64,000 nucleotides of DNA from Octopus sinensis (taxonomy: Eukaryota): contig NC_043006.1 in NCBI RefSeq assembly GCF_006345805.1, positions 22,506,001 through 22,570,000 of the forward strand. Reading direction: 5' to 3'. This document shows positions 1 to 13,302 of the stretch, piece by piece. Made by a program: the position numbers and the translations under genes. Numbering within the stretch: the stretch's first letter is position 1; each line of letters opens with the position of its first letter. The notes under the pieces are model-generated. The model made no database searches, had not been told where the DNA came from, and saw nothing but the letters and a program-made list of their open reading frames with translations.

Positions 1-57
1 AATGTGTGTGTGGTGCGTATGCGCTCGCGATTATGTATAATGTTTGTGTGTGTGTAT

Positions 58-290
58 GAAGGCACGTGGCCAAGTGGTTAGGTTATTGCGCTCATGATCG
101 TTGATTCGATTACCAGACCGTGCGGCGTGTTGTGTTCTTGAGCAAAGCACTTCATTTCACGTTGCCTTAGTCCCCCTTTGTATATTGTCCTGCTCGCCTA
201 GCCAACAGGGTAGGTCTTTCGAAGACTAAAACGATGCAAAGTGCATTGCAACCAGTGATATGTAATAACAACGGTTAGTCTGGTCGGTTG
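58..290 (+). mobile_element. SINE-C group copy (tRNA-like head + CORE-like centre), degenerate
   Basis: A-box TGGCCAAGTGG and B-box-like GATTCGATTAC, then TGTGTTCTTGAGCAAAGCACTTCATTTCACGTTG shared with copies at 7580 and 17715; 3' boundary uncertain. Confidence 0.65.
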
Positions 291-477
291 TATATAGGTT
301 TGGTGATGTAAACAGGAAAATAGAACTAAAACTTGCGTATGTATACAGCCTTTATTGATAATCGGTCGAAGTTAAAGAGTAAGTCAAGGGGTGAAAGTTT
401 CGTGCGTTGGAATTTATGCAACTGCTTTTAAGTCAAGGGGTCATATATTTACATTCTTGTTTCTTTTTTCTTTTTCA

Positions 478-744
478 CCCTTTTCAAGCTCATGGGCGCG
501 GTTTCCCGGTTTTTGTGGCGTATGTGTTCTCTCCAGCTGGACGGGACGCCAGTCCATCGCAGCGATACTCAAGAAACAGGAAGAAAGAGTGAGAGAAAGT
601 TGTGGCGAAAGAGTACAACAGAGCCTCGTAGAGCTTTTTAGGTGTTTTCGTCCAATAAACACACACAACGCCCGGTCTGGGAATCGAAACTGCGATCCTC
701 CGACCGCGAGTCCGCTGCCCTAACCACTGGGCCATTGCGCCTCC
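478..744 (-). mobile_element. SINE-C (centre 1 + tail 2)
   Basis: Head GGAGGCGCAATGGCCCAGTGGTTAGGGCAGCGGAC...TTCGATTCCCAGACCGGGC nearly identical to 44205 and 46246; tail CTGCGATGGACTGGCGTCCCGTCCAG. Confidence 0.85.
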
Positions 745-877
745 ATATATGCCATATATGCCATTATTAGCGGTGTATAAATACGCGACCCTTTGATTTG
801 AAACCAGTTTGGAGAGTCCAACGCACGAAACTCTCGGAATTTGACTTATTCTGTAACTCTTGTCGAGTTTATTACTA

Positions 878-908
<31 letters not shown>

Positions 909-936
909 TGTATGTATGTATGTATGTATGTATGTA

Positions 937-1347
937 TACTCTTTACTCTCTTTTACTTGTTTCAGTCATTTGACTGTGGCCATGCTGGAGCACCACCTTT
1001 AGTCGAGCAACTCGACCCTGGGACTTATTCTTTTGTAAGACCAATACTTATTTTATCGGTCTCTTTTGCCGAACCGCTAAGTAACGGGGACATAAACACA
1101 CCAACATCGGTTGTCAAGCAATGCTAGGGGGACAAACACAGAACACAACACAACAAACACATACATATATATATATATATACATATATACGACGGGCTCT
1201 TTAAGTTTCCGTCTACCAAATCCACTCACAAGGCTTTGGTCGGCCCAGGCTATAGTAGAAGTCACTTGCCCAGGTGCCACGCAGTGGGACCGAACCGGAA
1301 CCATGTGGTTGGTTAGCAAGCTGCTTACCACACAGCACTCCTGCGCC
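937..1347 (-). mobile_element. SINE-A, full length
   Basis: tRNA-like head GGCGCAGGAGTG..TGTGTGGTAAG..GGTTCGGTCCCACTGCGTGGCAC, internal (TA)n/(TG)n, (AAGAGTA)n tail; about 20 copies in window. Confidence 0.9.
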
Positions 1348-1349
1348 TA

Positions 1350-1500
1350 TGTATGTATGTTATGTTATGTATGTATGTATGTATGGTATGTATGTATGTA
1401 TGTATGTATGCTATGCTATGTATGTACATGCGTGTGTTGTGTGTATGTATGTATGTATGTATGTATGTATGTATGTATGTAGTGTATGTAGTATTATGTA
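1350..1500. repeat. (TATG)n microsatellite
   Basis: Direct reading. Confidence 0.95.
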
Positions 1501-1876
1501 TACTCTCTCTTTTACTCTTTTACTTGTTTCAGTCATTTGACTGCGGCCATGCTGGAGCACGCCCTTTAGTCGAGCAAATCGACACCGAGACTTATTCTTT
1601 GTAAGCCAGTACTTATTTTATGGTCTCTTTTGCTAAGTGACGGGGACGTAAACCACACCAGCATCGGTTATCAAGCAATGCTAGGGGGACCAAGACACAA
1701 ACACACATATATATATACGACAGGCTTCTTTCAGTTTCCGTCTACCAAATCCACTCACAAGTCATTGTCGGCCCGGTCTATAGCAGAAGACATTGCCCAA
1801 GATGCCACGCAGTGGGACTGACCCGGAACCATGTGGTTGGTTAGCAAGCTTCTTACCACACAGCCACTCCTGCGCC
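1501..1876 (-). mobile_element. SINE-A, full length
   Basis: Same consensus; the terminal 19 bp AGCCACTCCTGCGCCATAT is tandemly duplicated at 1862-1899. Confidence 0.9.
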
Positions 1877-1899
1877 ATATAGCCACTCCTGCGCCATAT

Positions 1900-2495
1900 G
1901 TGCGTATGTATGTATGTATGTATGTATGTATGTATGTATGTATGTATGTATGTATGTGTGTATGTATGTATATAAGTATATATGTATGTATGTAAGTATG
2001 TATGTATGCATGTATGCATGCGTGTGTATGTATCTATGTATGTGCGTATGTATGTATGTATGTATGTATGCATGTATGTATGTATGTATGTATGAATGTA
2101 TGTATGTATGTATGTATGTATGTATGTATGTATGCATGCGTTTTGTATGGTATCTATGTATGTGCGTATGTATGTGCGTATGTATGTGCGTATGTATGTA
2201 TGATGTATGTATGTATGTATGTATGTATGCATGTATGTATGTATGCATGTATGTATGTATGTTGTATGTTGTATGTATTATGTATGTATGCATGTATGTA
2301 TGTATGTATGTATGTATGTATGTATGTATGCATGTATGTATGATGCATGTATGTATGTATGTATGTATGTATGTATGCATGTATGTATGTATTATGTATG
2401 TATGTATGTATGTATATATGTATGTATGTATGGTATGTATGCATGTATGTAGATGTATGTATGTATGTATGTAAGTATGTATGTATGTATGTATG

Positions 2496-2526
<31 letters not shown>

Positions 2527-2635
2527 GTATGTATGTATGTATGTATGTATGTGTGTATGTATGTATGTGCGTGTGTATGTATGTATGTATGTATGTATGT
2601 ATGTATGTATGTATGTATGTATGTATGTATGTATC
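1900..2635. repeat. Long imperfect (TATG)n microsatellite
   Basis: Direct reading; source of the MYVC/HTYI pseudo-ORFs. Confidence 0.95.
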
Positions 2636-2916
2636 AGCTTAGGATACCAGTGTGTAGCTGCGTTATGTCTGCATAAACGAGTGTCCACTTTACATTTCGC
2701 GTATTTCATGAATGATGAAATAAATATCAGACGCTCTCCTGGGATCAGTATGATGCTTAAAACCTTTCAAAGCAATAGTCCAGTATGGCTACAGCAGTAC
2801 AATGACTGAAGCTCATATAAGAGGTATACAAGAAGTATATTGCTAATTATTATATTGATAATTGCGAGACAGATATGAAAGCCAAACAAGGTAAGTTTTG
2901 AACATAGGAAACAGTG

Positions 2917-3000
2917 ACGTATTGCACTTTGTACTGTAAAGCATGCAGTCCTTTGTGTAGACAAAGGACTGCATGCTTTACAGTACAAAGTGCAATACGT
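2917..3000. other. Perfect inverted repeat: 40-bp arms, 4-nt loop
   Basis: 2917-2956 is the exact reverse complement of 2961-3000; loop GTAG. Confidence 0.95.
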
Positions 3001-3199
3001 TGTCATGGCAACCTGTTGTCATGGACCGCATGCAGCCTGCGGAATTTTCTTTGGGGTACACCAAACGAAAAATTACCATCAAATTTTATTAGTAGTGCGT
3101 CTCATCTGATGGCGAGCCATGTCTCTCTCGTGCGGTCCGTTTCTCGGAAAAGGTTGCTTATGATTGCGCTGCTGTGCCAGTAATACCACCATCTTCTTT

Positions 3200-3413
3200 T
3201 ATTCTTTTATTATTTTACTGTTTCAGTCATTTGACTGCGGCCATGCTGGAGCACCATATTTAGTCGAATCAAATCGACCCCGCCCCAGGATTTATTCCTT
3301 GGAAGCCTAGTACTTATTCTATCGGTCTCTTTTGCCGAACCGCTAAGTTACAGGGACGTAAATACACCAGCATCGGTTGTCAAGCGATGATTGGGGGACA
3401 AACACAGATACAC

Positions 3414-3482
<69 letters not shown>

Positions 3483-3651
3483 CACACACGACGGACTTCT
3501 TTCAGTTTCCGTCTACCAAATCCACTCACAAGGCTTTGGCCGGCCCGAGGCTATAGTAGAAGACACTTACCCAAGGTGCCACGCAGTGGGACCGAACCCG
3601 GAACCATGTAGTTGGTAAGCAAACTCCTTACCACACAGCCACTCCTGCGCC
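3200..3651 (-). mobile_element. SINE-A, full length
   Basis: Matches SINE-A consensus, with expanded internal (CA)n. Confidence 0.9.
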
Positions 3652-3954
3652 TTGTCCAACAACTAGGACTATGAAGCAGCGAAGTCACTACACCCGCTAG
3701 AAACAACAACCAAATTATCCCAGATCACACTCTCTGTCTTCTTTTGAAACAAAAATGGGAGGCAGACATTGGATAATGTAGACAGATGCATAATGACAAA
3801 AACGCAACCGAGATGTTCTCAAGTGAGACGGCTTCGATGAAGTGTTTGTTTGAGCAAGAGTGGTTGAATGTTAAACAAGGGTTGAGATTTATAGCAAAAA
3901 AAAGAACCAGAAATTTAGCTGCCCCTAGGTTTTCACGACAGATAGTTTCCGTGA

Positions 3955-4062
3955 AACTGGCAGAAACGTTAGCACGCCGGGCAAAATGCGTAGCCGTATT
4001 TCGTTACGTATTACGTTCTGAGTTCAAATTCCGCCGAGGTCGACTTTGCCTTTCATCATTAT
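3955..4062 (+). mobile_element. SINE-B 5' half
   Basis: CTGGCAGAAACGTTAGCACGCCGGGC...GAGTTCAAATTCCGCCGAGGTCGACTTTGCCTTTCATC. Confidence 0.85.
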
Positions 4063-4240
4063 GATCTTGGGCAGGCGCTGATCCTTTATCCTAGAGATGT
4101 GCCCTGCTTAGCGTAGATGAAATTTCAACCGCATGGCTTCGATGCTGGTAAGCTCTGCCTGACGAAGTCACCCCAATGGATGCTGAAGATGATGCGGAGG
4201 CAGCGTTGTAGGCAGTGCTCCAGGAGTTGTAGAAAGTGGT
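4063..4240 (-). mobile_element. RTE-clade LINE fragment (C-terminal to RT), decayed
   Basis: Minus-strand translation across frameshifts gives LEHCLQRCLRIIFSIHWGDFV...SIEAMRLKFHLR*AGHISRIKDQRLPKI, matching the RTE motif RCLR.I..I.W.D.V...LRW.GH..R..D.RLPK. Confidence 0.7.
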
Positions 4241-4242
4241 GG

Positions 4243-4476
4243 TAAGTGGCCCGAGTTGGCAGAAACGTTAGCACGCCGGGCGAAATGCGTAGCTGTATTT
4301 CGTCTGCCGTTACGTTCTGAGTTCAAATTCTGCCGAGGTCGACTTTGCCTTTCATCCTTTCGGGGTCGATAAATTAAGTGCCAGTTACGCACTGGGGTCG
4401 ATATAATCGACTTAATCCGTTTGTCTGTCCTTGATTGTCCTCTCTGTGTTTAGCCCCTTGTGGACAGTAAAGAAAT
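4243..4476 (+). mobile_element. SINE-B, full length, tail i
   Basis: tRNA-like head, central GGTCGACTTTGCCTTTCATCCTTTCGGGGTCGATAAATTAAG, tail TAGCCCCTTGTGG...AAAGAAATA. Confidence 0.9.
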
Positions 4477-4661
4477 AGATAGTTTCCGCGAGTTAACGTG
4501 CGAATCGAAATACTGGGTTCCTCATTTTGCACGGCAAAAGAAGGAGGCACGTTTTAATAATAATTATAATCTTTTCTACTATAGTCAGAAAGCTTGAAAT
4601 TTGGTTGGGGGTTAGTCGATTACATCAATCCCAGTGTTTCACTGTTACTTAATTTATCGAC

Positions 4662-6540
4662 CCCTATTGCAGTATCCGACAGCAGGTATTCGACATAAGC
4701 CCGTCCGATTGGCTGAGATGTGAGCGCTTGAAGACATTCCACTTTCCAAATGCTCCCTCTTGGTCTCTGTTTTACCCAGGACTGCAGCTCCGTTAAAGAA
4801 ACTAGCTGCGGAAATACGTGTTTGGTGAACGGCGACCACACCTGTTAACCACCAAGGAAGCACTGGAAATGTCGTAGCCTCAGCGCATGTCTGCGCGTCA
4901 TCAACCACGGTATGCACAGGCCACTACTCAGAGGGTGCTGACAGCAGATAGACCGCCTGATCCACGAGACGCGTCCCTTCCACAAGAAGAGGAAGATTAT
5001 ACGTTCCAGCGTAATCAGACAAGGTGACACGACGGTCAAGCGATATTAGATGACGGACGGGATATACGTGTTAACCACCTCTGCCCGACCTTTCAGGGAT
5101 AGCTTGATCTCGGTTCATTTCTGGTTGAGAGTAGTCACCTTGCTCATTACTTCGTTCCAGTTTTTGTCCGAACCAGATCCCAAGCAGTTTAACCGGTCCT
5201 TCCGTCGAGCGCCCAATGACGCAGTTAGACGGCATGGACTTTCTTCTCCAGGTGCAAAGCTGCAAGCCCACTAATTTTTCCTGGTTAAGAGTCGCTTCTG
5301 AAACCGCCCCGTTGTCCCTGACAGCGGTGCCAAACATTTCTATGTGTTTATGATCCGACACCACTACGATGATATCGTCGGCCTATGCCGACACACATTT
5401 ATTCACACCCTAAGTTACGCGGGATGCCACTCAACGCCTCCAGGTTGTGTAGTAGTGGCTCGAATCTCAGTACATACAAGAGAGACGAGAGGGGGCAACT
5501 TTACCCGGCTGAGCGCACGATGTTGAACGGCTCTGAGAGGAGACCGTTCGCTCTGACCACTGAACAGATGTCGCTGTGCATTGCAGCGATCCAGCCCCTG
5601 AATACAGGCTCAAAACCAGCTGCCTTGAGGACCGCCGCCAGGTGTAAATGATCGACCCTATCGAAAGCTTTAGAGTGATCTAAATTGATCAGGGCCCCAC
5701 CCATGACAGGTTCTTTAGCCACTTTCTCAATGGAGTATCGCATGAGGTGGAGGTTGTCTGTGTTTCCCTACCAGATCCCAGACGACAAGCACCAACCTCG
5801 TAGCTAACACCTTGACCAAAATTTTAAACTCAGCATTCAGCAGTTATGGGCCTAGGAACGCCACCGCTGCTCAGCTCACAAAACTGGGAACTCTCCCATT
5901 CTGTTGCCAGCTGCAGTAAACGTTTGCTAAGAGGTTGCTGAACTAGTGTGGCATGTAAGCGTAAAGTTTGCAAGGAAGATTATCCAAACCTGGCGATTTA
6001 CTCCTCGTTCAGCCAGTCATTGCTTCTCGTATTTCAAATGCAATTTTCGGCCTTCCGCAGCGCCGAGAGCCGCGACAGTCCGTCAAGGTAGGACGTGAAA
6101 TCCATCCGGCAACCCGGATCACTGCTTCTCCCGAACAGTTGAGCGAAGCGTTGCTGAAAGGCCTCACACATCTGTCTCGGATTAGTTATCATTTGCTTAT
6201 TGTGGTCCGGTAAGGATCGGATCGTGGATTTATTGCCACACCGTGCGTCTTCCACTCGATCCCATTGGACGGCTTTCGTCCCTTCATATTTAAGTGCTCG
6301 TGCTTTGCTCTGACAAACCTTCGTGTTTCGTGCTGTAGAATTGGTCGAGTGCTACTCTCGCTGCGAGTACGTCGGTCGCGATGCCTTTTCTAAAAGCCTC
6401 AACTAACTTTTTGACCAGCCCTGCCTCTACTCTGCTTCTTTCTACTGCCTGTCTTTTGCTAAACCTTATCGATTCTATTCTAATCGCCCTTTTCGGGGCG
6501 AACCACCATTTAATGTTGATTATTGCCCTCGTCAACCCCC
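4662..6540 (-). mobile_element. Tx1/L1-like LINE ORF2 remnant (RT region), frameshifted
   Basis: ORF 5501-5743 contains LINLDHSKAFDRVDH...GFEPVFRGWIAAMHSDICSVVRANG (non-LTR RT motif); homologous to 32101-32660; 5' end abuts (CAA/TAA)n. Confidence 0.8.
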
Positions 6541-6664
6541 TCTTAACTCAACAACAACTACAGCAACAACAACAATAATAATAATAATGATAATAATATG
6601 TAAACAATTTAAATAATTATTGAATGAAATGAAATACCATAATCGCGTGTAAATATGTTTATAG

Positions 6665-7020
<356 letters not shown>

Positions 7021-7403
7021 GTCCGTCTATCTATCAATCTATTTGTTTCTATTTGTCTATCAGTCTGTCTCTTTATCAGCTTGTAGTCTATCTGTCTGTT
7101 GATAGATAAGCAGATGTGTTTGTGTGTATGTACACCCACACACATACACTCATATATTTACACACGCGATTATGGTATTTATTACCTTCTTTCCAAATAA
7201 ATAACTGTCTAAATTTTGCTTGTTTTTATTGATAATATCATTAAAGCCATATCGACTTCCACGACATTTGAAACTCTATTATTCAATCTCGAGAATATTC
7301 AACAAAATGTATTTTTTTTAAAATTCTGACTGAAACATTGATTTAGCGCGTGTTCTTGTATACTTTTGAAGAAGAGAATTGAATGCACAATTAAAACAAA
7401 ATA

Positions 7404-8958
7404 CCAGGTTGAGTCAAAAGTTTTTTGCATTTCAAGTTTTAATTAATATTTCCAACAAGTTACGTACAAAAAGCATTTATTCATCAATATATATCTAGTC
7501 ATATTCTATTGTCTGTTGCTATCGTTGTGCCAGAAGTTCAGTTACACGGTTATACCATCTAGATGGTTTAAAAATAATAAATGAACCCTTTTAAAGCCTA
7601 GCCAGGCTCATGGGCCCGGTTTCCCGGTTTCCCGGCTTCTATGGCGTATGTGTTCCCCAGCTGGACGGAACGCCAGTCCATCGCAGCGTTACTCATTTTT
7701 GCCAGCTGAGTGGACTGGATCAACGTGAAATGAAGTGTTTTGCTCAAGAACACAACGCGTCGCCTGGTTCAGGAATCGAAACCACAATCTTACGATCATG
7801 GTGCTGACACCCTAACCACTAAGCCAAACGCCTCCAGGAGCAATAAACTCCTAGCTCCTGTTTTCAATATCATCAACATTGTTGAACCTCCCGTCCGTAC
7901 AGGAAATGAACCATGGTTCGGAGAAGGTGGTAATTCGATGGTGCAAAGTCTGCACTGTAGGTAGGGTGAGGCAACACTTCCAACCCATAAGTTCCTCGAG
8001 TTTGTGCTTCGTCACATTGGCAGTGTGTGCTGGGGCACTACCATGCTGTAAGAGTTCGCGTCTTTGATTGACCAATGCAGTGTAGTAGACTTTCAAAGTA
8101 TCATATACTCGCTGCAGTTGTTGAGCATAAAGGTTAGCTTTCACATCATGATCATCAGGGACAAGCTCAAGGTGCAAGACGCCCCCACCTCAAAATTCAG
8201 CCAAACACACAATATGACCTTCAATTTAAAGCTCCTTTGTTTGACAACCGTTTCTGAAGCCTGGCCGGAACGAAGCCACTGATTTTTCTTATTAGGATTA
8301 CCGAAATAGACCCATTTTTCATCCCCAGTAACAATTCGTCGCTAAAAACAGACATCTCGAGCATTGGCCAGGATTTGTTTGCAAATGTTCACACTTCGTT
8401 GAGCATGGTTATTGGTCATTCCTGAGGAGCTTCTCGACAGTGTCTGTTTACAAGGCCGAGCTTATACAGATTGTCGACTGAAGGTGCTTGTGAAGAACCT
8501 AGTCTTCCCGGCAATGTACGAGTGTTTGTGCTTGGTTGTTGTTCAACTAATTCAAGTAAAACTACATCTTCCAAAACAGAAGATCTTGACATTGGTTTGT
8601 CTTCGAGGCTGGTGTCACCTTCCTTGAAACGCCTGAACTAGTTTTGTACCACACGTTGGTTGACAGTTTCTGAGCTTTTCACATCATTAATTTCTTCTAC
8701 TGCTCTCCTTGCACTCAGTCTATTTTTTTCCATGGGGAGTGTAAAATGGTTCTGATTGCAATTTTTTCACTACTCATTATCAAAGATGTAACATAAAGAA
8801 TTAACAATAAATGTATACATGTAATATATAATAATAAAGAATAAACAATTCAACAACGATTAGACAACAAGTTGTATCAAATTAATGATATAACATGGAA
8901 ATACAAGTTGCCAAAAGTCATCAGTGAAAATCCGAAAAAAACTTTGATTCACCTTGAT
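7404..8958 (-). mobile_element. Decayed mariner element, interrupted by a SINE
   Basis: ORF 7851-8177 HLELVPDDHDVKANLYAQQLQRV...LLQHGSAPAHTANVTKHKLEELMGW resembles the mariner DDD domain; degenerate TIRs near 7404 and 8935-8958. Confidence 0.8.
7580..7835 (-). mobile_element. SINE-C (CORE-like centre 2 + tail 2)
   Basis: tRNA head, TGTGTTCTTGAGCAAAACACTTCATTTCACGTTG..CAGTCCACTCAGCTGGCAAAAATGAGT, then CTGCGATGGACTGGCG tail. Confidence 0.85.
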
Positions 8959-9052
8959 ACAAACCTGATACGAAAATGATGAAGTGATGTTTCAGGAAGT
9001 GTAACGTTAAAAAAAAGAGAATGGAACAAAAATACAAAGCCGTCTTTAACCC

Positions 9053-9446
9053 TTTTACTCTTTTACTCTTTTACTTGTTTCAGTCATTTGACTGCGGCCA
9101 TGCTGGAGCACCACCTTTAGTCGAGCAAATCGACCCCGGGACTTATTCTTTGTAAGCCCAGTACTTATTCTATCGGTCTCTTTTGCCGAACCGCTAAGTC
9201 ACGGGGACGTAAACACACCAGCATCGGTTGTCAAGCAGTGCTAGGGGGACAAACACACACACACACATACATACACATATATACGACAGGCTTCTTTCAG
9301 TTTCCGTCTACCAGATCCACTTACAAGGTTTTGGTCGGCCCGGGGCTATAGCAGAAGACACTTGCCCAAGATGCCACGCAGTGGGACTGAACCCGGAACC
9401 ATGTGGTTGGTAAGCAAGCTACTTACCACACAGCCATTCCTGCGCC
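9053..9446 (-). mobile_element. SINE-A, full length
   Basis: Matches SINE-A consensus. Confidence 0.9.
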
Positions 9447-10336
9447 TTTGTTTAAAGTATTTTCATAGGTTTGTCCCAAACGCCCATGCTTGTTTTTAGA
9501 TTTTTAGTTAGTCCTTGTTTCAAACGTTCTGAGTAATACAGAACGTTCCTTTGTTAGGTCCCAAGTTATCCTGATGTTTGAAAAAAATTGAAAATGTTTA
9601 TCATACGTGCTGTATGGATTCCAGGGAAATATGTCCTGTGTATCACATGTGATACACTGGACAGACAAAGGGATAAGTGAACATTGTAAGCTTATGCAAG
9701 ACAACTGAATGAAAATTGTCAACGTATATAGTTACCATCGTCCTGGCACACGCTTGCCGACAAGCAAGAGTGGTGAAACAAAGTTAATAAAATATTAATG
9801 AGATGCAAACATAATCGTAAAAACTGAAGCAAATATGAAACCTTTCAATGCTAGTCACAGGAAATGAGGAAATACGTATAACCTTTATTAGCCCTCACAA
9901 GCTGTAAGATTTAATGTGATTAATGCCCATCCTAATGGCAGATGGGAAAAACATGGGTGGGAAGAAAACCAGGACTTTAATCAGAATGATTGCAACAGAT
10001 TACCTAAGATGCCTAAGGGCCAGATGTCTCATGTTAAAATCAGGGGCTTGCGTTCGGCTGTACTATCAAATGTTCCGCCTACAATTTGATTATGTATTTC
10101 TTCTGTTAGGTAGGTTCATGAGATAACACAAATATTGAATCACAAAATAAGGGAGAAATAATATTTAGAAAACTAAGGATCCACATTTAATCTGTATTTC
10201 AAAATAGGAGAAAAATAGATTAAAATTGATAAGGTGAAGGCTGTGTGCGCACACAGAAGCATGTGTGTGCGCGCGGGGTGTGTGATTGTGTTTGTGCGTG
10301 TATATACATATATGGGCGCCTATATGTATATATAAA

Positions 10337-10567
10337 GGCGGCGAGCTGGCAGAATCGTTAGCACACCGGGCGAAATGCGTAGCCGTATTTCGTCTGTCGC
10401 TACGTTCCGAGTTCAAATTCCGCCGAGGTCGACTTTGCCTTTCATCCTTTCGGGGTCGATAAATTAAGTACCAGTTACGCACTGGAGTCAATCTAAACGA
10501 CTTAATCTCTTTGTCTGTCCTTGTTTGTCCCCTCTGTGTTTAGCCCCTTGTGGGTAGTAAAGAAATA
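10337..10567 (+). mobile_element. SINE-B, full length, tail i
   Basis: Matches SINE-B consensus. Confidence 0.9.
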
Positions 10568-10759
10568 TATATGCATATATGTGTATATATTTATGCGTAT
10601 ATGTATATATGCATGTATCTATCTATCTGTGCGTATGGGTGCATGTATAACATGTTTGCGTATGTATTTGTGTATGTATTTTCGACGTTATATTCTCTTT
10701 GAATATAACAGGATATAAAGATGTATCCCATATCACCGTTTTTCAAAAATATTTTGTGT

Positions 10760-11000
10760 ATGTATGTATGCATGTATGTATATATATATATATATATATA
10801 ATATATATATATATAGATAATAGTATAGATATATATATATATACATCTGTATACATTAACACACATACATCATACTACATACATACATACATACATACAT
10901 CATTACATACATACATACATAAATACATACATACATACCATACATACATACATACATACAACATACTACATAAATACATACATACATACATACATACAAC
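10760..11000. repeat. (TA)n and (CATA)n microsatellites
   Basis: Direct reading. Confidence 0.9.
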
Positions 11001-11420
11001 ATAATAACAAGAGCGCAATTATGCTGATAAACAAAATAGATATATTAAGTATAACAGCTTGGGTATGGAATACAAAATATGCATATATGTATACATGCAA
11101 AACGAGAGAAAGCAAAGAGTGGAGACTTTCAGACGATGAATATGTAAGTATGAATATATAGCTATTTATTTTCATAGATCAAATTTACACAGGGTACAAA
11201 CGACAGAGAAAATTAAAGGGGAGGAAGAAAGGTGTTATAAATCCAACAGCTGTTTCTGGAGCTCGGAGATCCATCATAATGTTGGTCGCAATGGAAACAA
11301 TCAACATTGGATAAATCTAGCCTCATGATCTGAAATGTAGGATCTTTTTTATTCTTATCTAACCGACAGTCAGATTTTATGATATTTAAATTTATTTCAG
11401 GTCTTATTTACGCTGGGTTG

Positions 11421-11961
11421 TACAAGGATATTTTCCGACATTCAAGCCGACGTAGTACATAAGTCGACGTGATGTATATAGATCGACGTAAATTTTTCAG
11501 TAAAAAAAAAATCAATCTTTTAGTCTATACTCATCGTATAAGTCGAACCCTTTCTTCTGAATAATCATTCTGCTAGAGGTTTTTCTTTGCAGGGGGAAAT
11601 GTAAGTTTTCGCTAAAGGATGATAAAAAAAGGCAAAGGAAAAAAAGTCTCCGTTTGAAAGAACGCTGTATTATTTCAATTTTCATTTTAAATATTTGCTT
11701 TCATTTACAATTATCATCGCACATAATTATGAACACAAAGTAAGTATAAAGAGAATTAAAAGGTAACAGGATTTGTTATATGTTGTCACGGCGGGCCTGA
11801 AGTGTAAACATTCAAAGATGGTTATAAGCTATTCAAATCCTGCTGCATTTCACATGGAGCTTTTGGTCCTATATGGTCGTCTTGGAGTATAAGTCGACCT
11901 ACATTATTTTATCTGTAAATTTTGGTCCGAAAAATTCGACTTTTATGCTGGAAAATACTGT
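11421..11961. mobile_element. Decayed pogo/Tc2-like MITE
   Basis: Left end ..ATTTTCCGACATTCAAGCCGAC and right end TTCGACTTTTATGCTGGAAAATACTGT form imperfect TIRs; internal repeats of TATAAGTCGA. Confidence 0.55.
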
Positions 11962-12419
11962 TTAATTAATGAGGTCAAAAGCACAAATATGCAAATTAGT
12001 CTATCTTCCAAAGCTGATATCTGGCTTATCCATGTCATAGTTGTTCACTTGTCCGAAGAATTCAGAGATGAAAAACGATTACAGATACATTGTTTAATTC
12101 GGTTGTGTCCAATAAAACGTTTCTTACCCCCATATCTTAATTCGACGTGACTAGAGGCATATCTGTCTCACAGACAACTGAAGAAAATCCTCCGAGAAGT
12201 ATTAAAGTCAGAAAGAAAAACACAAGTAAATCCATCAGACCGAACACCTGTAATCACTACACATTTGGCAGGTGCATCTGTAATATGTATTGCGTGATGT
12301 GTGTCACAAACCCGCTTATCAAATAACAAAATAAGAATTACAGTATAACGTATAAGGTGGCAAAATGTGAATATATAATCACCTGACTTAAATCAGTTTT
12401 TTACAGATATACATGCGTG

Positions 12420-12521
12420 TTTATATATACGTGGTGCATTCATACATACATACATGCATACATACATACATACATACACGCATATATACATACATACATA
12501 AATACATACATACATACATAT

Positions 12522-12552
<31 letters not shown>

Positions 12553-12863
12553 CATACATACATATATACATACATACGCACATACATAGATACATACACA
12601 CGCATACATACATACATACATACATACATACATACATACATACATACATAAATACATACATACATGCATACATGCATACATGCATACATACATACATACA
12701 TACATTCATACATACATAAATACATACATACATACATACATACATACATACATACATACATGCATATATATTTACCTACATACAAACATACATACATGCA
12801 CACGCACATTCATACATTCATACTTACATACATACATATATACATTCATACATACATACATAC

Positions 12864-12894
<31 letters not shown>

Positions 12895-12967
12895 CATACA
12901 TACATACATACATACATACAACATACATACATACATACATACATACAAACATACATATATACATACA
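12420..12967. repeat. Long (CATA)n microsatellite
   Basis: Direct reading. Confidence 0.95.
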
Positions 12968-12968
12968 T

Positions 12969-13182
12969 GAGGGGGTACTGAAAACTTCCTGGCTTTGGGC
13001 AAAAGAAAATAGACGAGTATCAGTTAATTATGATTTTATTCAACATATTCCCCTCTCAGATTCACACACTTATAGCAGTGGGCCTTCAGTTTTTCTAAGA
13101 CCTGTAAAAGAACTCAGAAAGTTGGACCTCCAACCGGGCATTTCGCGCTACCGTTAAAACCAGGAACTTTTCAGCGCCCCTT
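12969..13182. mobile_element. Mariner-type MITE
   Basis: TIRs GAGGGGGTACTGAAAACTTCCTGG and CCAGGAACTTTTCAGCGCCCCTT; no ORF. Confidence 0.75.
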
Positions 13183-13269
13183 TGTATGTATGTATGTATG
13201 TATGTATGTATGTATGTATGTATGTATGTATGTATGTATGTATGTATGTATGTATGTATGTATGTATGA

Positions 13270-13302
<33 letters not shown>

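Noticed and set aside
1762-2474. Long ORFs of MYVC/HTYI, IYIY, LSIY, poly-L/N/I type here and throughout
   Set aside because: They are translations of TATG, TA, TATC and TAA microsatellites, open in several frames at once
11020-11340. Exon-like stretch with a GTAAGT donor and CxxC peptides on both strands
   Set aside because: Implied intron is only 34 nt and all joins end in nearby stops
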